Below are positions 39,982-53,694 of a stretch of DNA of 64,000 nt, in pieces. Each line of letters starts with the position of its first letter. Positions within the stretch are counted from its first letter, which is position 1. The stretch covers positions 45,260,001 to 45,324,000 of the forward strand of contig CM022665.1 in NCBI GenBank assembly GCA_012295275.1, given 5' to 3'. The notes beneath the pieces were generated by a model. That model was not told the origin of the DNA, did no database searches, and saw only the letters and a list, made by a program, of their open reading frames with translations. Source of the DNA: Chrysomallon squamiferum (lineage: Eukaryota > Animalia > Mollusca). The translations under genes were made by a program, and so were the position numbers.

Positions 39982-39994
39982 TTTATTATTTATT
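39982..39994 (-). terminator. Candidate SYAP1 polyadenylation signals (two AATAAA)
   Basis: Minus strand reads TGTATGTACA...AATAAATAATAAA followed by a T-rich tract. This coincides with the switch from CpG-poor to CpG-rich sequence. Confidence 0.45.
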
Positions 39995-42982
39995 ACCATC
40001 TCTATGTACATACACTCATATTCATTTCTAATTTACATACAAATATTTATTAAATCATTTCCACAATATCTACATGTACCTCATTTTGAGACATCAAATT
40101 TTATCCAACAAAAATGGTCAAATCTGCACATAATTTAATATACAAAATACCAGCAAAAAAAAATAAAATATGTCAATTGTATTGGTCTTGACATTAAAAT
40201 ACTATTTTTGTTTTCTCTTAGAAATAAATTTTAAGGATTCAAAATTAGAGAAAAAAAAAAAAAATTAACTTAAAACGTTAAATATATTTATAAAAAAGAC
40301 GACCCCCTCCTATAAAGCTATGAATCAAGTGAAAATATTAAATATCTTCCAATTCACCATTCTTTTTTTTTTTCTCTTCTCTACAAGTTTTAATCTACAA
40401 TATGTACAAATAACAATAACAGTGACATTAGGTAAAATAAAAAGTTTATTTAAAAAAAAAAAATTAAAAACCAAATCTGTAATTTCTGTGTTTGCAGTAT
40501 TTTTGACTCTATGTGTGCATTTAAAAACAGATAATCTGAACTTGAATTTAATATGAAAACTGAAAAATTTGTAATAAAAAAGCTTGTGTATTTTATTTAT
40601 CACATTTATGTTTGGAAACAGTGGTTTGCATATATCGAGTTATATACATAATTTGGTAAATTATTTGAACATTAAAAAAAAAAAAAAAAAAAAAAAAATA
40701 AAAAAAAAAAAAAAAAAAAAAATATAATAATAACAATAATAAAATAATAAAAAAAAAAAAAAATAAAGTCTTTAAATTATTCATTATTGTTAATCTTATT
40801 TTAAAAAAAAAGAAAAAGAATCAAAATAAGTAACCCATCCACTTTCTTTCCTATAAACCACCTAAAAAGCAAACTGTAACAAAAACCAAACAAAATCCCA
40901 GCCCTTCAAAGCAAATCTTACACTTTGGATAATTTTAATTGCAAATGATTAAATACAACTATTTTTTTTTTTTTTTTTCTCTCTCTCCCTGAAGAACAAA
41001 TCATTATTTTCAGGTGAAAAAGACATAGCAATAAAATTAAAAAATATGTACAAAAGATTTAATACAAACACATGTTTTATTGAACAAAATTTCCGTACCT
41101 TATTATGTTACAAACTTACAGAATATTACAGATAAAGCACAGACACTGTGGTTTCACCTGTTTTATAGTCTACATTAACAGGTTCCAGCAGATGTCACAA
41201 AATCACTTTGACAATATTTATCTAAAGATACTGGCAGATATATTAAGCAAATGTCCACAAAAAACAACAAAAAAAAAAAAAAAAAAAACCCCACAACATT
41301 TTGTCTATATTTATCTAAAAAAACTGGCAGATGTAAAAAATGTTTCGAGCTTTGAATATAAATGTTCATAAGCGGGGAAAAGTTCTGATAACGTATAGCA
41401 TGCCACAGTACACTTGTAAATTTTATATTCAATACACTATTAACACAATTTGCACAGAAAAGGATTTGTTCCCACTAAATTTAACTAATTTTTTTTTTTT
41501 TTAAACTGTTTATTTTCTTGGTTACAAGGGATTTCTGGTGTGAATTTACAAATTACATAAACATTTTCTTTCAGAAAACAAGACTAGGAAAAATAAAGAT
41601 AAGAACATAAAACATTTACAACAATTTTTATTTATATTATGTATATATAAAAAAGTCAACTTAAAATGCTATCACCTTACCACTTAACAAGCTGTGTATT
41701 TACAAGATTTACAAAGTTCACTATGCTGAGCAGGTGCAATATATTATTATTTTAACTACTGTTTAATTACTACTATTAATTCATTATATAACTATCATTA
41801 TTATTTCAACAACAACATTAACTATTATCATTATTTCAGCTGCAGTGTAAATATTATTTCAGATATCACGTAACTTATTACTTTGACTGAATATAACCTA
41901 TTGTTTCAATTTAATTTAACATAACTCATTGTTTCAGTTTAACATAACTTATTGTTTCAACTACAATGTATCTATTACAGTGTCAGCTTAATATAACTAT
42001 TGCTATTTCAATTAAAAAATAACTATTACTTTTATTATTTCAACTATAATACAGCTATTATTATTACTATTATTACTATTATACAAATATGTTACTATTC
42101 CTCAGATTATGCTGTTAAAATCTCCCTGAAAGCTATATATTACACACATAAACCAATCTACAAATTTCATTTTAAACACTAATTTGTACGACACTAAAGA
42201 AAAATTCACAATTCATTAATTAGATTAAAAAAGCATGTTTTGTTTTACAACACTGATAAACCACGTTACTGTACTCTATCTATTGGTAGTCAAAAATAAT
42301 ACAGGCTGGAAGAAAATCTTTTATCATTTTATCCATCAAAGGGTCAGGAATCTGTGGACAGAACAACACATACCACGACCTTTGATGTATAAACTGAGTG
42401 GATGTGACTGGGAAACACTGATCTTTTTTAAACTCAAATAAAGCTATAATTTTTGCTACTGGAATCCATTTTCCCTCTAACAGGAATAAGGAAACAAGAA
42501 TGACCAGTGCATACAAACATACATTTGGAATCATTGAGCAAAAAGGTCTAAATAGTAAATCTAATAACACAGAGACTGCACAAAAGCAAAAAAATTCACA
42601 AATAAATGGAAGTTTATACTCACTACACATAACTTGTTAACAAACTTTTACTTATTACATGCAGATTATATATAATTTAAAAAAAAAAAAAAAATAATAA
42701 AATTTTCCACACACATTCCAAACTATATTAATTAACTGAAATAAAAATCTGAACAAAGACCAAAAAAATACATTTTTTATTTTTAGTCTAAGAAGTTCTA
42801 ACTTATAATTAAAAAAAGACCAAAACAAATATATATTTTTTTTAATTATAATTATTAGGAATAAAATAGCCTGGAATGATAGAAATTAATAACCTCCTGT
42901 TAAAGAAAAAACACACACAGACAAAAAAACACACAAACAACAACAAACAAACGAAACATCTATCCCACACACCCTTGAAAAA

Positions 42983-43013
<31 letters not shown>

Positions 43014-43202
43014 TTCTAACTACCAGCCCTACCATGGAGAAAGATAACATCATGAATATTTATGGTGAATGCGGTTCTGACATTTGAACAATAAACAAAA
43101 GGATAAAACATGTGACAAAACATGACACTAACTCACTGATGTCAAGGTCACCATAAGGAAACACAGTGAACGCTTTAACAGAACAAACCCTCTGTTCTTC
43201 AC

Positions 43203-43245
<43 letters not shown>

Positions 43246-45569
43246 CACACACACATACTCACACACGCATCAAGGACAATAAGCTCAAAATTCTTTTACT
43301 GTCATATGAAGAAAGTGCTTGCGTATCTTACGATATATGTTTGAATTTAGCTTTTGCAATGAACCGATTCTGGTTTCAGTACTGATACTTATCTTTCAAA
43401 TGACAACCAGTGGTTCAACTATTAAATGACTACTTAATGAAACACAGTCACATACTGATATAAACAAAAAAAAAAAAAGAATGTCCTTAAGTTATGAATA
43501 AAAAGAAAAGAAGAAGAAAAGGTAAAATAATGAATCATGATAATAAAAAAAAAAATACTGTCCTTAAGTTTAAAAAAAAGAAGAAAGAAAAGAAACGGTA
43601 AAATAATGAATCATAATAATCAAATAAAATAAAAACTGGACTCAGTATCTTCATTCTGTAACACAGGAAAGTAAAATTATTGAAGAATATATTTATCCTG
43701 CTGAGCAATCTCTCACAATACAAACCTCCTCTCAAAGTAATATTTTCTGGTTGTAATTATTAGCTTGTTGGACTTGGGAGTTAATGAATAATAAATCTAG
43801 ATTTACTCTGATTATATTTATTATTATTTATTATTATTATTTTTAATTAATTATTATTTTATTATATTTTTATTGTACACAAGTCTCTTGGGTAAAACCA
43901 TTATGTTACCTGCTGTGTACTGTTTTATTATCATTGTTATTATATTACCAAAACAACAAAAATTAGATATTAATGAATGTTATATACACACACACCATCC
44001 CTGACTGACTGCTTAAAATGAAGGGGTTGATTAATATGATCGTGGTTTGAATTATTAAAGCTGTGACTTAAATTCAGTAAATTTACAGGCAGGAAATGGT
44101 GTATACTTTACATGTGAGAATGACTGCAGGTGCACGCAGGTAAACAGATACAATATTATAATAAATTTTTAATGAATTTCTAATCAGCAACACAATCATG
44201 CCAATAAAAAAAAAAAAGAAAAAAAAAAAAACATAAAAAAATTATTATTGTTAATTTATCTGGCTGTAAACATTATATCAGTACTACTGTATTAAAAAAA
44301 AAGATTTATTAAAAAAAAAAAAGAAAAAAAAGAAATTTAAAATTATTCTTTTAATAAATCATTTATTATTTGAATAAACCTCACTTGCATAAAACAAGAC
44401 TGCATAAATGAGACTGGAAAATAAAATCTCTCTGAACATGGCAAAATTTCAGTTGCAAATGAATCTCAACTTTCAAATTTATTATGCAACACCAGACCCC
44501 AAAACTACTCAGATTATTTATTTATTTATTTATTTATTTATTATTTATTTGTTTCGGTGATTTTCTTATTTTTGTTGAGTATACAAAACTATATATTTTG
44601 TCACACTGATGGAAGTCTGGATTAGAGTAAACACAAAACCAAATGACAGCTAATTTAGTAGCGCAGACTGTAGTCATCAGATACAGTTTGTGTGTAAAGT
44701 GGTGAAGGTGAAGACTGGTGAAGGACATTCAATGACAGTCAAGACATTAAAGAATAAAATGAGCCTGTAAAAAAAAGGTAAAAAAAAAAAAAAAAAAAAA
44801 AAAAGAGAAGAATCAAGGACATTCCTAAAAACTTTAGCAAAGCTTGCTACCAAATCCCTCCAAAAAGAAAAACAAACAAACAAACAAACAAAGCTGTTCA
44901 CTGAATTCCTAAAAATAATTAAATAAAAATGAAACAAAAAAAAAAAAAGGTATAACAACAACAACAACAAAAAAAGAACGCAAACAAAAATAAAACAAGA
45001 AAAAAAAAAGCAAATCATGAAAAAAAATAATAAACACATTTATGAAACAAAAGTAAAACAAATAAAAACCTTTTTTTTTTTTTCAAAGAAAATGAACATT
45101 AAGTCTTTAAAAAAGTAATGTTTCATAATAATCAGTACTGTTTAAAGGAAAAACAAAAAAAATTATTGTTTAAAGCTGAAAACAGAAAGCCTTGAACAAT
45201 AATAATCAAAACAATTTAAAAAAAAGATTAAAAAGGTAAATAAATGAAAAAAACAAACCAAAAAAAATACAATTAATAAGAAAAACCAAAACATATAATT
45301 GAAAAATAAACTGAAACCATTCTTATATAATAAAACAAAACAAAATAAACATTTTTTTTTTTTTTGAAAAATAAACTATGCCAATGTAGTCCAGTAACAA
45401 GATGGTTTCTAAGATCCCAAATTCTTATTCAGTAACAAAAGAAATATGTACATATTATTATATCTTTTTTTGTTTTAAATTCAGGTGTTCCCTACAACCT
45501 GGTAACCAGGTAACAAAAATGGAAATACTGTAACACAGGCAAATATAAAAAATATAAACACAGGAGCCA

Positions 45570-46195
45570 GAGATAACATTAATGTAAACATGGTAACCTC
45601 AGATAACATTAACGTAAACATGATAGTAACCATAGATAGCATTAATGTAAACACGGTAACCACAGATAACATTAATGTAAACATGGTAACCTCAGATAAC
45701 ATTAACATAAACATGATAGTAACCATAGATAGCATTAATGTAAACATGGTAACCACAGATAACATTAATGTAAACATGGTAACCACAGATAACATTAATG
45801 TAAACATGGTAACCACAGATAACATTAATGTAAACATGATGGTAACCATAGATAACATTAACGTAAACATGGTAACCACAGATAACATTAATGTAAACAT
45901 GGTAACCACAGATAACATTAATGTAAACACGGTAACCACAGATAACATTAACGTAAACATGATGGTAACCACAGATAACATTAACGTAAACATGGTAACC
46001 ACAGATAACATTAAATAATGTAAACATGGTAACCACAGATAACATTAACGTAAACATGATGGTAACCATAGATAGCATTAATGTAAACACGGTAACCACA
46101 GATAACATTAAATAATGTAAACACGGTAAACACAGATAAAGTTAAAAAAAAACACGTAAACATGGTAACATCACAACAAAACGTAAACATCTTGT
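45570..46195. repeat. 30/33-bp minisatellite, about 20 copies, in the presumed SYAP1 3'UTR
   Basis: Unit GGTAACCACAGATAACATTAATGTAAACAT; explains the repetitive ORFs on both strands. Confidence 0.95.
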
Positions 46196-46406
46196 ACATA
46201 GTCAACACTTTAACCTCACAGACACAATTAGCTGGCTGTTTTTTAATTAATATACAAATTGGTTACAGAGATATCTAACACTGTACAAATTACACATATT
46301 CTATGAAATCATTGACAAGTAAGTTGTTTTTTTTTTGAGAAAAAAAAAAACATGTCCCGTTATATATATATATATATAAAAAAAAATCCCAGTAAATACA
46401 TGATGG

Positions 46407-46564
46407 CTAAGACATAGACTTTGTCTCCTGCTCTATCTGCTGCAGGATTTCCCGTTCCAAATCATCCTCGTCTATATCGACTCCTTCGGTGACCATCTCG
46501 TAATCCTGGAGCTCCTGTTGCAGATCCTTTTCCCATTGAGCAACATCGTCAGCGGCTGCTCCTT
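46407..46564 (-). CDS. SYAP1: SYAP1/Sap47 (BSD-domain synapse-associated protein) terminal coding exon
   Basis: Strong pyrimidine tract with ccag acceptor (NAGNAG CAGAAG). EGAAADDVAQWEKDLQQELQDYEMVTEGVDIDEDDLEREILQQIEQETKSMS-TAG resembles the vertebrate SYAP1 tail WEKELQQELQEYEVV. Confidence 0.88.
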
Positions 46565-46637
46565 CTGGAAGGAAGAAAAGGAAATTCAGTAAAAAAATTT
46601 GACACAAAGCAATGAATTAGGTCTGCATTCACACTGG

Positions 46638-46668
<31 letters not shown>

Positions 46669-46707
46669 AGTATAAAAATAATAAATACCTCCTCCCCAAA
46701 CAACAAC

Positions 46708-46743
<36 letters not shown>

Positions 46744-49741
46744 TGATGAATTAAACAAATATTAACAGCATTCGTTACTTAAAAACAAAATGTCACGAAT
46801 CATTGATGTTAGTTGTATGGATGGATGTACAGACAGACAAACTGCCGGAAAACATCAAAATGGTAATTACAAACATCAGAACTGTTTGATGAATTGTTAA
46901 ACACCAGCACTGTGCATTGTAAACACAAACACTATGAAATGTAAACACTGACGGAATTAAAAAAAAATAATAATAATAATACGAATTATTAATAAATGCA
47001 ATAAAATGTAAACTCGAATGATAAAATGTAAACCTCGAACATGGATGAATTTCTAAAATAAACACAGTGAAATGTAAACACAAATTTGATAATATGTAAA
47101 CACTAAACACTGATATGTAAACACTTGGCATTGTCATGTAAACAAACAACACAATAATCAGTAAAGAATGCTTTTTTTTTTTTTTTTTTTTAAATTAACA
47201 ACAATAAAAACAAACAAAAAATAGAATAGAATATAAACATTTTTTTTTTTTAAATTTAATAAAGTAAAAATTTAAAAATAAAAATAAAAATACAAAGGAA
47301 GTAAAAAAAAACTGCAGGAAATAAACAGTTCAGTTTAAAAAAAAAAGAAAAAAAGAAAAAGAAAAGAAAAAGAGATTAATAATGATAAAAATAAGCAAAC
47401 AGGTATTCAGAAAACATAAATAAATAAAACAAAACAAAACAATACAATACTACACAATATAAAATAAAACAAAGTCATGCAGTGCAATTTTTAATTTGCT
47501 AAAACACGATTATAAAAAAAAAAAGATTTTTTTTTTTTTTTATCCATTTAAAAAAAAAAGATTTCATAAATCACTGACTAATTAATTTACCAAGGCCAAA
47601 CACAAAACAACTTTTACTACACTACATATCATGTATGTATGTATGTATGTAGATATAAAGTGTAAGTACATTATCAATTAACTTGTAGGGTACTGAAAGC
47701 AATGTTTCTGACAAAATCAACTGCAGGCAAACACATTTATTTTGATGTCTGCACCTGCAGTTGAAATAATATCTTACTTTATGACAAAATCGGTTTTAAT
47801 TTTTGTTTTTTATAATGTCTGATATTGCCATCCTTGTTAGAGCGTTTTATGTTGCCAGTGTAATAAGTCGTAGGAAAGGATTTTGATGAGATCTCAGGTT
47901 GTAAAAATTGTTGATTTACATTAAATTGCGTATGACACTAAATAGGGAAGATTTAACGAAATTTGTCATTCATACTTCACTGCAGTGTGATTGTACATGA
48001 CAGTAATAATGACAAGATGATTTCAGTTATTCCTGTGGTTGAAATATTAGGATGAAATGTAAAGTCTGTTGTTTATAATAGAGAGAAACAGGTTTGCTAA
48101 CTGTATCTAATTGTAATTAATTAATTAATTAATTTCAATAGATGGTTGTATTTTGTATACTTTTCAAAAAAAATATAATGCTCACATTTGTTATTAACAA
48201 AAACAAGTTAAGCAATAAAAGCATTTCATTATATAATTAATTGATTAATTAATTTCAGTAACTGGTATGATCGAAATACATTAAATAAACATAAATATTT
48301 GTTGTAAATGTAACTAAGTCCAATTAATTAATTAATTAAAGCAATTGATATTTGTGAAATAAGTATCGAAATAAACATAAATACATTTTGTAAATGTATC
48401 TGACTGCAATTAATTACAGTAACTGATATTTGTGAAATAAATATCAAAAAAAAAAAGAAGAAAAAAAGGCTTGTCTACATTACAAACAGAAATAAATTTA
48501 GTAAATGTATGTAACTGTAATTAATTAATTAAGTTCATTAACACCAGAAATATGTTAATTAATTAAAATGATTGGTGTTTCTAAAATACACACTGAAATT
48601 AAAAAGCTTGTTTGCATTATAAACAGAAATACGTTCAGCAAAAAGCATAAAATGTTACTGGTTTTAGTCCGTGATTTTATGTTTGCATATGCTAAATCAA
48701 TGTCAGTAGTTAAAACAAGACATTCGACTGTTAACAATCAATAAACAGACTATACTATTTAACATATGACTTTGTTGTTACAGGTAAACAATTCCATGTA
48801 TTGGAAAAAAAAAAAAAAAAAAAAAAAAAATGAATTTTTTTTTTTTAAAACAAATTTCTAAATATGCAGAAAGCTCATTAGCTGTAGATATTTCGTTGCA
48901 GCTGGTATTTTCAGTGATTTATTGAAGGTGCTGACTTTTCTGTCAAACCCAGCTTTCAGGATAATGTACAGCCTTTTAGTTAATTTAGTGGTGATATGCA
49001 ATTTGTTTAGGGATGTATTTGTAATAGGCATAAGATATTTTTAGACAGCCATGAGCATAAAGAGCATAAAGAGCATACAAATGTGGTGTACAAGGGCCTT
49101 CCATAACTGCATAAATAATAATAATAATAATAATAATAAATAATAATAATAACAATAATAAATCAATAATAATAATAGAAAGAATATTTCTTTATTGTTA
49201 TCATAATCTCGTTTTAGATCTCATGTAAATTATATATTTTATTATATTATTATTATTATTAGAGAAAGAATATTTCTTTATTTTTATCATAATCTTGTTT
49301 TAGATCATCAGCTATCTCTAAATTATAGTGTTTTTTTTATATAATGATGCATGAATTAAAATCTGAATGCACCAACAGCTGGGTTTCTCATACAGACAGC
49401 AGCAAGTGATCCACATATATACACCTTCTCATAAACAGTAAAGCACATACTAACAACAGTAACAAAAGAAATAGCCAAACAAAATAAATCATGAAAAATT
49501 GAAAAGAAATTAAAAAAAAAACAAAAAAACCCCTAAAACCCCTAACAAAACAAAAGAAAATACAATAAAAAAATAATTTTTTTTTTTAAATAAAATTAAA
49601 AAAAACCTAAAAAAACATTAACTGGGTCTTCTGCCAAATTAATCAATGCTTAATGACATTTTAATTACTTAAACAGAAATGGAAGCAGTTTCACAGCTGT
49701 TAACACAGTTAGTTACCCGTAATTAATTTAATTCCATAAAC

Positions 49742-49779
<38 letters not shown>

Positions 49780-51662
49780 TTAAACTTTTTAAAATTTTCA
49801 TTTTATTTAAAAAATCATTTCTGTAATGTAAGATCAAACACATGCTGAGCTCCTTGCAGGAAAAATAGACCTAATATATAATTTAAAAATCTAATTTCTT
49901 TATTTATGATATATTAATATCACATATATATATATATATATATATATTTCATTAAAAAAAAAAAAAAAATTAATTCTTTGTAACAAAGCATTGACAGAGC
50001 TAAGTCACAGAATGAAAAATTCTATTTGCAAACACAAAAGACAGGATAATAAATTGAAAAAAATAAAAAATTTAAAAAATGAAAAAAATGCATGTAAAAT
50101 ATTGTCTAAAATTTTATGGGACATTTAATGTAAAATACAATGAATATAAATCAGCTAAGGGAAATGTACTTTTGGGATTTAAAAAAAAAAAGAAAAAAGA
50201 ACTCATTAATTTTCTTTTCTTAAATAATTAATAAAAAAAATAAAATAAAATAATAATAATAAATTAGGCATACACAGACCTGTTAAAACACACATTATTT
50301 TTGTAAGATTAAATTTAGGACAAGTCAGAATTTTTTTTTTTTTTTTTTTTTTTTTTCACTAAATGAATGAATCAAACAATAAAATAATAATATTAAAATG
50401 AGTGATTCATTACTTTTGGTAAGAAAGAAAGAAAGAAAATGTATAATACAAAACAACACAAAAAAAAATTAAAGATACTAAAAAAAAAAAAAAAATAAAT
50501 AAATAAATTTAAACAAAAATAATTAAAAACTATAATATTAATAATAATTTAAAAAATCATTAAATAAAATGTAAAAAAAAAAAATAAACAAAATAAAAAA
50601 AGGAAAATATACCAAAAATAACACATTTATGTATGCATATATGTTGCCTGCATATACATATTATAATTAAAAAATATATATATAAAAACGCAAATATGTA
50701 AATAAAGAAAGAAATAATAAAGATATAAAATAAAATAAAGTAAAAAAAAATATATATATATTTTTTTTTTTTTTAAAGCAGAAAATCGAAAAGAAAAAAA
50801 TTGTAAAGTAGACCATTACAAATGCTTTTAAATGCATCTAAAAATTCTAAACCGTAGCATTCTTACTGTTATCAGCAAATATTAAATTATGAAAGTAAAT
50901 AAAGTGGCTAGCTGATGTGTATTTGTATCTAATATTAAAACAGTGTTCAGATATATTTAAAAAGATTAGTTTCGTTTCTGAAAAACCATTCCAGTGACTA
51001 AGAAGATTGAAAAAGCAAGAGGTAATAAAATATAAGGAAGCAAAAAATTAGAAAAAAATAAATAAAAAATAAAATTTAAAAATAAAAATAAAATAAAATA
51101 AAATAAAATAAAAAATAAAATGAAAAACGAAAATAAATGTCTCTACAAAATGCACTTTGTTTTATACAAGTGTTTTAATGGTGCCAGACATAAACCACTG
51201 GTAAAAATAATAGCTATATTTTGTTTCAAAAAAAAATAATGATAAAAAAAACAAACAACAAATGATAATAGTAAATTTTACAAAAAAAACCCCAATAAAT
51301 AAATAAATAAAAAACCCCAAAATTTAACAATAATAAATTTTACATAAAGAAAATTTAAAAAAATATTAAAAAATGATATTAATAAATTTTAGATAAATTT
51401 TAGATAAAAAAAATCAATAAATAAAAAAATGATATTAATAAATTTTAGAAAAAAAAAAAAATAATAAAATAAAAAAATAAATAAAATAATAATAATAATT
51501 AAAAAAAAAAAAATATATATATATATATATAATAATATAAGCTCAGAAAGCTTCTTTTTAAAAAAAAACAACAAAAAGCATCACAAATGACCGACAAAGC
51601 AAAAAATGCCCTCGTGTACTACCACCTAAAACCTTGAGATCTAAAAGCCCTCCTGGTATTAC

Positions 51663-51727
51663 CTAATCCTTCTGATCTAACAGTTCATCCATCAAAGCTT
51701 TCTCCCACTCCTCACTGCCAGAGTCAG
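51663..51727 (-). CDS. SYAP1: Putative SYAP1 alternative exon encoding a short alternative C-terminus
   Basis: tttgtatcag acceptor, phase 1 like the upstream donor. (A)DSGSEEWEKALMDELLDQKD-TAG is followed immediately by a GTAATA donor. GC-rich island in an AT-rich intron. Confidence 0.7.
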
Positions 51728-51990
51728 CTGATACAAATTAAACAATGGATGTGATATATAAAAACCCTGTCCATGCCCCACACAGCCTTAGGGGCAGGGT
51801 TTAACCACACACACATCCAACAGTTTTAAGTCACAAAAATATTTGTATTTTTACTAATATATAATATATATATGTTGTGCATACTGCTCAAAATAATATG
51901 TTTGTGCATGAAAAGCTAAAAGCTAAGTTTAAACAAAAATGTATGGATTTTAAAAAATAAAAATAAAAATTTGTTAGATTATGTAAAGTG

Positions 51991-52031
<41 letters not shown>

Positions 52032-52468
52032 ACACACACACACACACACTGACACAATACACACACACACACACAGACATATATACATACATACATACAC
52101 ACAGTTATTGCCTGTATGGTCTATCTATTCTGCATGCCAGAATTTTTAATCTATGAATTTAAAAAAAAAAAGCAAAGAGTTTATATTTTTATCTGTGTTC
52201 AGGTAAACTACATATCGATACAAGATAGGCAAAAAAAACCCCCCCAAAACAACAAAAAACACACCGAAAACACAAAACCAAAAACCCCTTAAAAAACCAA
52301 CAATATATTCCAACAAACCCGAGAAATTTCAAATAAAAAAACTGCTTATATGTATATTTTTTTGTTTTGTTTTTGTTTTTGTTTGGTTGGATGATATATA
52401 TATGTCACAATTAAGAACTACATTTGAACACAAATTAGTTTTTTTCTGTTATAATCTGATAACATATA

Positions 52469-52707
52469 CAGGGTGGTCCAAAAGTAGGTGAACAGTAAGT
52501 GATAACATTTATTTTGAGATTACACACATATACACAATTATATTTACTCCAAAAGTAGGATTATCTGAAAAGAAATCAGATTAAATTTAAATAATTGTAG
52601 TTATAAAATTTTAAACAACAGAGCACAAATGCCATAGTTATAATGAACACCATCCATTGTAATAATATAACCCTAACCCTAACCCATATACTGTCCACCT
52701 ACTTTTG
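52469..52707. mobile_element. Tc1/mariner-type MITE (about 240 bp), right end truncated
   Basis: TA|CAGGGTG start. Inverted repeats CAAAAGTAGGTGAACAGTA (52479-52497) and TACTGTCCACCTACTTTTG (52689-52707), 18/19 complementary. Internal (TAACCC)3. Confidence 0.7.
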
Positions 52708-52744
<37 letters not shown>

Positions 52745-53511
52745 TTTTATTAATCTATGTTCCTGGACACAATAAATGACAATGCCATTAACCAAAAGCT
52801 GTGTTTGAAAAAAAAAAAAAAAAAAAAAAAAAGAAAAAAAGTTAAAATTAAATTTAAAAAAATCAATCAATAAATTTAAGAAAGGTAATTTAAGAAAAAA
52901 TTTAAAAAAAAGATAAAAAAACAACAAACAAACACACAAAAACATAAAGATTGATACAAAGATGAAAAATTTTGAAATAAATAAATAAATAAATAAAATG
53001 GCATCTGAAGTTACTTAATGTTAATTACAAAGAAAATTTAAAAAAAAATGAAAATACAAAAAAAAAAATTGCTTTAAATAATACATAACAGGACAGTTAG
53101 TTGTATTTTCTAATCCAATCACAAAATTAAAAATAAAATAAAGTGTAACGAAGTAAAGCGAACTAAAATGAACTGAAATAAAGTGAAATGAAGTGAAGTG
53201 AATTGAACCACATTGCAGTGCGGCGAAGTGAAAGTGGAAGTAAAGAAAAGAGAAAAAAACAAACAAAAAAAACATTATCAAACTTTTTTGAAAATTAAAA
53301 AAAATATACAATTAAAAATTAAAAATTAAAATTTAAAATTTAAAATTAAAATTAAAAATTAAAACAACAATGACTAACAAAAAATCCAGTTAATACGAAA
53401 AAGCTTATTCTAATCTTTGTATAAGTTATAACACACAAGTTTTAGCACAGAATAAACACAATTACTAAATTTAAAAAAACACCAGTAATATACACATAAT
53501 CTGCATTTTAC

Positions 53512-53694
53512 CTTCAGTTTCTTTTTTCTCGTTGTTCACTCTCAGCTGTTCTATCTCCTTGCGAATGTCTTCCTCGTTAATGGCTGTGGTGGAGTATGTG
53601 TCGCTGATAAACTCATTGTCCTGGGGGGGGCTTGCAGGGGCCAGCTCCTCCTCCTTGCTGGCTTTTGTAATCTCCTTGGGGCTGCTGGCATCTC
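53512..53694 (-). CDS. SYAP1: SYAP1/Sap47 internal exon; further upstream exons lie beyond the window
   Basis: acacag acceptor, GTAAAA donor, 183 nt, phase 1-1. DASSPKEITKASKEEELAPASPPQDNEFISDTYSTTAINEEDIRKEIEQLRVNNEKKETE resembles SYAP1 EFVSDAF..NQEDLRKEMEQL. Confidence 0.88.

Noticed and set aside
45481-46208. Repetitive ORFs on both strands
   Set aside because: Products of a 30/33-bp minisatellite whose period is a multiple of 3.
52668-52685. Telomeric (TAACCC)3
   Set aside because: Only three units, inside a MITE; not a telomere or fusion site.
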